Assembly: GCF_038871235.1 (NCBI RefSeq)
Contig: NZ_JAVZIN010000006.1
Location: 32,001-96,000, forward strand
Direction of reading: 5' to 3'
Source: Candidatus Hadarchaeum sp.
GTDB taxonomy: Archaea > Hadarchaeota > Hadarchaeia > Hadarchaeales > Hadarchaeaceae
DNA length: 64,000 bases
The notes beneath the pieces were generated by a model. That model did no database searches, had not been told where the DNA came from, and saw only the letters and a program-made list of their open reading frames with translations. Of this stretch, positions 56,810-64,000 are shown piece after piece; within the stretch, counting starts at the first letter, position 1, and each line of letters starts with the position of its first letter. The translations under genes and the position numbers were made by a program.

Positions 56810-59188
56810 TTGGTGAGAAGTATGAAAAGCAGAAGAACAGGGGGCACAGGCAAGCAGTCCGGTTTACCTTTAGTTCTGAATCTCATAAAGACTACGCCGC
56901 TGTCCATCGTAGTCCATGATCCCAAAGGGAAAATCGTGGCATGGAGCCGGGGAGCTGAAAAGCTTTTGGGTTACTCGGCAAATGAAATGGTTGGCACCAG
57001 TTTTTACAACCTTCTCTCCAGCGATGCTGGAGTGAAAGAAGAAAAGATTGTCGCTAAGATGTCATGTGGCGAACTGGGTCGCTGTGAGTCTCGATTGGTT
57101 ACAAAGGATGGCCGCATTCTTGACGTATGGACAATAGTTTCACCTTGGTGCGACGTTTCAGGTCAAGTGATTGCTATCTTTAGGTTTATCGAGGACATCA
57201 GCGAGCGCAAGGAAATTGAGAGTAAAATTATGATGTCCGAGAAGGAAAAACGTTTGATTCTAGACGGAATTCAAGAACTGATTGCTTACCAAGATCTGGA
57301 TAACCGCGTTCTTTGGGTAAACGCGGCGGCGGCTAGATCGGTTAGCCAGACGTCAGAAGAATTGGTGGGAAGGTTCTGTTACGAGATATGGCACCAGCGA
57401 AAGGCGCCCTGTGAGGGCTGTCCTGTGGTGATGGCCAGAGTAACAGGACGGCCACAGGAGGCCGAAATAGCTTCTCCCGATGGTAGGTTTTGGCACATCC
57501 GTGGCTATCCGGTTCAGGATAAAAGCGGCCAAGTTTCTGGAGTGATTGAAATTACATCGGAAATCACCGAGCGCAAGCTGGCTGAAAGGGAACGTCACGA
57601 ATTTGAGAAAAGGTATCGGGACATCATTAACGGCACTTCAGATGTCGTGTTACAGATAGATTTGGAGGGCAACTTTATCTACATGAATAAAAGCTTCGAA
57701 ACGGAAACCGGTTATTCCTTTGAGGAGATTAGAGGCAGAAATATCAAAGAGTTCCTCGTTGGGGAATCTTATCAAAAAGCGATGGAAAGATTGGAGAAGA
57801 GGAAAAAGGGAGAGAAGTCTTTGCCTCCATTTGAAGTGCAGGTAAAGGCCAAAGACGGCAGGATAATATTTTTCGAATTAAACACCTCACCAATATTTAA
57901 GGAAAAAAAGCTTGTTGCTATAAATATCGTAGCCAGAAATATCACTATGCGCAAAGAGATGGAGGAAATGTTGCGCGTGAGCGAAGAGAAATACCACTCT
58001 TTGATCGAATCGTCAGGCGATCCGATATTTCTGCTCGACAGGGAGCTAAAATTTCTTTACGCCAACAAAGCATTTTTGGCTCGTTTGGGCCTTTCGTGGG
58101 ACGAAGTAGTAGGCAGATCCTTTGCTGACCTTTACCCAGCCCAAGCGGTGGAAAGACTTAGTGAGGCCGTAAACAATATCTTGGAAACGGGAAAGCTGGT
58201 ACAACAGGAGTTTTGGAGCGAGAAACTTCAAGGAGTTTTCCTCCGGACGATTAGTCCGGTTAAGAATCCAATGACGGACGAAATCACAGCATTTACCGTT
58301 GTTTCTAAGGACATAACAGCACTCAAGACGATGGAGGCTTCCCTGCGCGAGTACGGGGAAAAATTGAGAGCGATAGTCGATTTCTCCCCTGATGGCATTC
58401 TGATCACTGATTTAAGGCATAAGATAATTGATTGCAACCGAGCCGCGCTCAAAATGCTTGGAATTACAAATAGGGATGAGCTGATCGGTAAGGATATTCT
58501 GGACATGATCTCACCAGAGACAAAAAATAAGATGGAAGGCGATATTGAGGAAACCAAAAAATTGGGAATTAAACGAGATATGAGGTATGGTTTAATGAAC
58601 GGCATTGAAATCCCTGCCGAGATTTCCATTTCCACTATCCCCGATTCAACAGGCAAACCGCAGTCCCTATTGTTCGTGATAAAGGACATCACGGAACGGC
58701 TGAGAATGGAGGAGAGGATGAGGGAGTTTATCTACAAGGTGAACAACATCTTGCCCGGAGATCTTTGCCTTCACAGCTCCCATAGAGCGACCTACAACAT
58801 CTTCACGCAATTAGTGATGCATGGAATCGCTGGGCTCTGTTTTACTAGAGAGAAACCTGATGAATTAGTCAACTATGGCATCCCTAAGGATAAGATCATA
58901 GTTATCTCGACGATTCCTGTGCAAGGGTATGAGAACGTTGATGGACTTCAGCAGGTTAGTCTGAGGATTTCTGAATTTCTCAAGGAACATGAAAATTCCG
59001 TGGTCTTGCTAGATGGCCTTGAGTACTTGGTTAGTAGGTCGGGATTTGATTTGGTTTATCGGTTCCTACAGGAAAAGCGCTTCAACTTCCTAGAGAGCAA
59101 ATCAGTAATGCTCATTCCTGTTAACCTATCCGTTTTCACCGACAAGGAACGTGCTCTCATTTCTGCCGAGGCCAACATAATCGGATAG
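56810..59188 (+). CDS. Multi-PAS (about five) sensor with C-terminal DUF835 domain
   Basis: Repeated PAS/PAC ends (DISERK, EITERK, NITMRK, DITALK, DITERL); GLCFTRE and VLLDGLEYL typical of DUF835. Confidence 0.82.
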   Translation: MVRSMKSRRTGGTGKQSGLPLVLNLIKTTPLSIVVHDPKGKIVAWSRGAEKLLGYSANEMVGTSFYNLLSSDAGVKEEKIVAKMSCGELGRCESRLVTKDGRILDVWTIVSPWCDVSGQVIAIFRFIEDISERKEIESKIMMSEKEKRLILDGIQELIAYQDLDNRVLWVNAAAARSVSQTSEELVGRFCYEIWHQRKAPCEGCPVVMARVTGRPQEAEIASPDGRFWHIRGYPVQDKSGQVSGVIEITSEITERKLAERERHEFEKRYRDIINGTSDVVLQIDLEGNFIYMNKSFETETGYSFEEIRGRNIKEFLVGESYQKAMERLEKRKKGEKSLPPFEVQVKAKDGRIIFFELNTSPIFKEKKLVAINIVARNITMRKEMEEMLRVSEEKYHSLIESSGDPIFLLDRELKFLYANKAFLARLGLSWDEVVGRSFADLYPAQAVERLSEAVNNILETGKLVQQEFWSEKLQGVFLRTISPVKNPMTDEITAFTVVSKDITALKTMEASLREYGEKLRAIVDFSPDGILITDLRHKIIDCNRAALKMLGITNRDELIGKDILDMISPETKNKMEGDIEETKKLGIKRDMRYGLMNGIEIPAEISISTIPDSTGKPQSLLFVIKDITERLRMEERMREFIYKVNNILPGDLCLHSSHRATYNIFTQLVMHGIAGLCFTREKPDELVNYGIPKDKIIVISTIPVQGYENVDGLQQVSLRISEFLKEHENSVVLLDGLEYLVSRSGFDLVYRFLQEKRFNFLESKSVMLIPVNLSVFTDKERALISAEANIIG

Positions 59189-59352
59189 AAGAAACATGAA
59201 GTACTGGGCGGGCTCAGGCTGAAGTTTCCGTTCATTATTTTCACGTAACCCTCTTTTCTTCATCGCCCATTGTTATTGAAACTTAGTTATTTTTTAGCAT
59301 TTTGATCAATTTTCTTGGCGGTTTACTCTGGATAAGGGATTCAGATAAAGCG

Positions 59353-61631
<2,279 letters not shown>

Positions 61632-61714
61632 GTTCAGCACCATTGTTGGTAATTAAAAGTAAACGATGCACGAGATGCTTTAAATTTTATGCTTGCGGTG
61701 GGGCCCGAGTTTTA

Positions 61715-62131
61715 TTAGTGGATATCTCCGCTGTTTAGCTCCTGGACTGGCTTTCCTTCGCGAGTGCGCGGGGCGAGATAATCGATGAGCCGTTCAATGT
61801 CCGAAGCTTCGAGGTGAACTTTGATGGGTCCAAGGGGCGACTCCCCGTCGGTAAAGCTGATTTTGCCGACAAAGGCGACCTGTTTGTTCAGCAGGAATTC
61901 AGTGGTATTGTCCTTTCTGTTTGCAAACATGGTTGCTCTGGCCGTGTCTAGTATGGCTTGCTGTCTCAGCAGCTGGTGGAGCTTGGAGAGGGCCGTGACG
62001 TCGGTGGATTCTCCTATCAGTTTTCGCCCGACCAGCTCTAACTTCAGGGTCGGAAATATGTTTTTTACTGCAGCTTCAACCTTTTCGCGTGACTCGGTTG
62101 CCCTGACCTCGGTCTCCACCCGAAGTTTCAC
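61715..62131 (-). CDS. UPF0201 (DUF54) putative RNA-binding protein
   Basis: TESREKV..A..NIFP, ILDTAR, LNKQVAFVG, LAPRT. Confidence 0.82.
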   Translation of the reverse strand: MKLRVETEVRATESREKVEAAVKNIFPTLKLELVGRKLIGESTDVTALSKLHQLLRQQAILDTARATMFANRKDNTTEFLLNKQVAFVGKISFTDGESPLGPIKVHLEASDIERLIDYLAPRTREGKPVQELNSGDIH

Positions 62132-62694
62132 AGGCTTTCCCCCAAGATCTTTTTTAATAATTCTTCTGCTTTTTTCTGCAGCTCTTGGAGGCTGCCTTCA
62201 TTCACGATGAGGAAGTCAGCCAGAGCGAGGGCATCGCCTAAGCCCCAGCCCAATTCTCGTTTATCCTTCTGGTGAAAACTTTTGATGTCGACGGTGTCGT
62301 CCTCTCTTCCTCGGGACGATGTTCTCAGATATCTGGTCCTTTGGCTTGACCAGCAACCGATGAGATGAAAATTTTTACCGAAGGATTTTCGAAATACCTC
62401 AACCTCAGCCATGCCTCTAATACCGTCAACGATGACTGCCCGCTGATCCTTTCCTATTCTTTTGATGACGGGAATACAGCGCTTGGCGATAGTTCCCATG
62501 CCTTCCCTCTTACGCAGCTCGTTGGAGAGCCTAGCAACGTTCCGCTCAGTTATCCTTTTTCCGCGGTTCCTCAATTCCTCCCAAACGACATCCCCCATCC
62601 TAACACTGGGAACGCCGAGTTTGGCAAACACCTTGGCAACTTCAGTCTTACCTGATCCTGGCAGGCCGACAATGCCGATTACTTGCGGAGCCAT
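62128..62694 (-). CDS. UPF0200 nucleotide kinase-like protein (dephospho-CoA kinase-related)
   Basis: GLPGSGKT, MGD, VDGIR, RGREDD, RELGWG; usual neighbour of UPF0201. Confidence 0.8.
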   Translation of the reverse strand: MAPQVIGIVGLPGSGKTEVAKVFAKLGVPSVRMGDVVWEELRNRGKRITERNVARLSNELRKREGMGTIAKRCIPVIKRIGKDQRAVIVDGIRGMAEVEVFRKSFGKNFHLIGCWSSQRTRYLRTSSRGREDDTVDIKSFHQKDKRELGWGLGDALALADFLIVNEGSLQELQKKAEELLKKILGESL

Positions 62695-62927
62695 TACAAT
62701 TCGACCACGATCAGCGTAGTGGTATTAGTAACACCAGGGATGCTTCGGATGTCACCGAAGATGGCCTTCGTCAGCTTTTCCAGCGAGTCGACTTCAATCC
62801 TAGCCACAATGTCGTAGGGGCCGGCGACGGCTTCGGCCTTCTTCACCCCTTCAATGAGCTTTACCTTTTTGAAAACTTCGGCAGTCTTTCCAGGCTCCGC
62901 CGAGATCAGGCTGTATGCGTTTACCAT
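62694..62927 (-). CDS. Stand-alone Lrp/AsnC ligand-binding domain protein
   Basis: VAGPYDIVA, IRSIPGV..T.TLI; no HTH. Confidence 0.85.
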   Translation of the reverse strand: MVNAYSLISAEPGKTAEVFKKVKLIEGVKKAEAVAGPYDIVARIEVDSLEKLTKAIFGDIRSIPGVTNTTTLIVVEL

Positions 62928-62988
62928 TTCGATACCTCCAATTTATATCTTCACATTTTCCTTAAAAAAGCCAAGGGAAAATTTCCAT

Positions 62989-63999
62989 CTATGCTTTCAG
63001 GTATTCTTTGATCTTTTTCAGTACGATTTCCCTAAGCCTCTCCAGTTCCGCTTCGTCGCGTCCCTCAACAACCAAGCGCGCCTTGGGCTCGGTCCCAGAG
63101 GTTCTGACGAGGATCCAGCTGCCGTTTTTCCTGTTGATCCTGACCCCGTCAACTTCCACGACTTCATGAATTTCGTCCACGCTGGACAAAAGGTAATCGC
63201 GCATCTCATGCATGAATTCATCCTTAATCTCGTCGGGGCATTCGAAGTCGTTGTAGTATGTTGGGTAATTAGGGACTCTTTCCGCGATTATCTCCGACAA
63301 CGGCTTCGACTCGGTAGACAGCAATTCCAGTAGCTTGGCAGCGCTAAAGACACCATCCGCCCATGGCCCAAGCTCCAGAAAGACAAGCTTCCCGGGCTCG
63401 GCGGCAAAGCAGGCGTGGCGCTCCAGCATGGCTTCGGTGAAATCACCTAGCCCAGTTCTATAGACCTTACCACCCGCCCTCGCCACCACCTCGTCAATGG
63501 CCACGGAGGTATTGATGCTCGTCACCACCGTTCCACCGTTTGATCGCGCCACGGCAAGTTCTGCAAAAAGGGCGATAATCGTGTCAGCTTTCACAAAGTT
63601 TCCCTGTTCATCAACTACAGCAATCCTGTCAGCATCACCATCGTGCGCCAAGCCGATGTCGGCATTAGCCTCACGCACCGTGGCCATGAGGTCGGTCAGG
63701 TTCCATGGCTGCGGCTCCGGAGGCCTGCCTGGGAAGTGACCGTCCGGATGGGCGTTGAGCGTAACAACCTTGCAGCCCAGCTCGCGCAAAAGCCGCGGCG
63801 TTACCAGAGAACCAGCCCCGTTAGCGCAGTCAACTACCACCTTAAGACCGGGCCTCACTTTCACCAATTTTTTGATGGCGTTGAGGTAGGGGGTAATCGG
63901 CTCGTATCTTCGCACAGTGCCAAGTTCATCCCACTTGGAAATCTTACCCCCACTCCCGAAGAATATCCGCTCTAGGGAGACCTCGTCTTCGGTTAGAAA
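62989..63999 (-). CDS. Phosphohexomutase (PMM/PGM/GlmM family), 5'-truncated by the window edge
   Basis: VDCANGAG, DGDADR, RTSGTEP; frame stays open to the end of the window. Confidence 0.9.
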   Translation of the reverse strand, partial: FLTEDEVSLERIFFGSGGKISKWDELGTVRRYEPITPYLNAIKKLVKVRPGLKVVVDCANGAGSLVTPRLLRELGCKVVTLNAHPDGHFPGRPPEPQPWNLTDLMATVREANADIGLAHDGDADRIAVVDEQGNFVKADTIIALFAELAVARSNGGTVVTSINTSVAIDEVVARAGGKVYRTGLGDFTEAMLERHACFAAEPGKLVFLELGPWADGVFSAAKLLELLSTESKPLSEIIAERVPNYPTYYNDFECPDEIKDEFMHEMRDYLLSSVDEIHEVVEVDGVRINRKNGSWILVRTSGTEPKARLVVEGRDEAELERLREIVLKKIKEYLKA

Positions 64000-64000
64000 T

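Overview
Gene-dense archaeal chromosomal segment: TATA-like promoters, GGAGG/GGTGA-type ribosome-binding sites, Rad50, a PIN-ATPase-KH protein, Trm11, a PAS-DUF835 protein and NfnAB. A Hadarchaeota-like anaerobic euryarchaeote is my inference, not something the sequence shows. Housekeeping genes lie at both ends. About 17.2-41.6 kb is a catabolic island with four deaminase-type amidohydrolases, an enamidase homolog, a cyclic amidohydrolase, a divergent ureohydrolase, a cyclase, DUF1116, RidA, two Mo/W oxidoreductases with MobA and MoaD, a DHODH/PreA-like flavoprotein and a thiolase that both lack their usual catalytic Cys, and a BMP nucleoside-binding protein whose likely permeases lie about 7.7 kb away. 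The island is the best candidate for an undescribed anaerobic N-heterocycle (nucleobase-like) degradation system. Also present: a tRNA-Gly(UCC) with a 19-nt D-loop intron in a perfect bulge-helix-bulge and C33 instead of U33, a six-gene pilin-like cluster, a candidate PadR operator and two probable CTG start codons. I saw no CRISPR array, rRNA or transposase. All protein calls rest on motif recognition; no database search was run.
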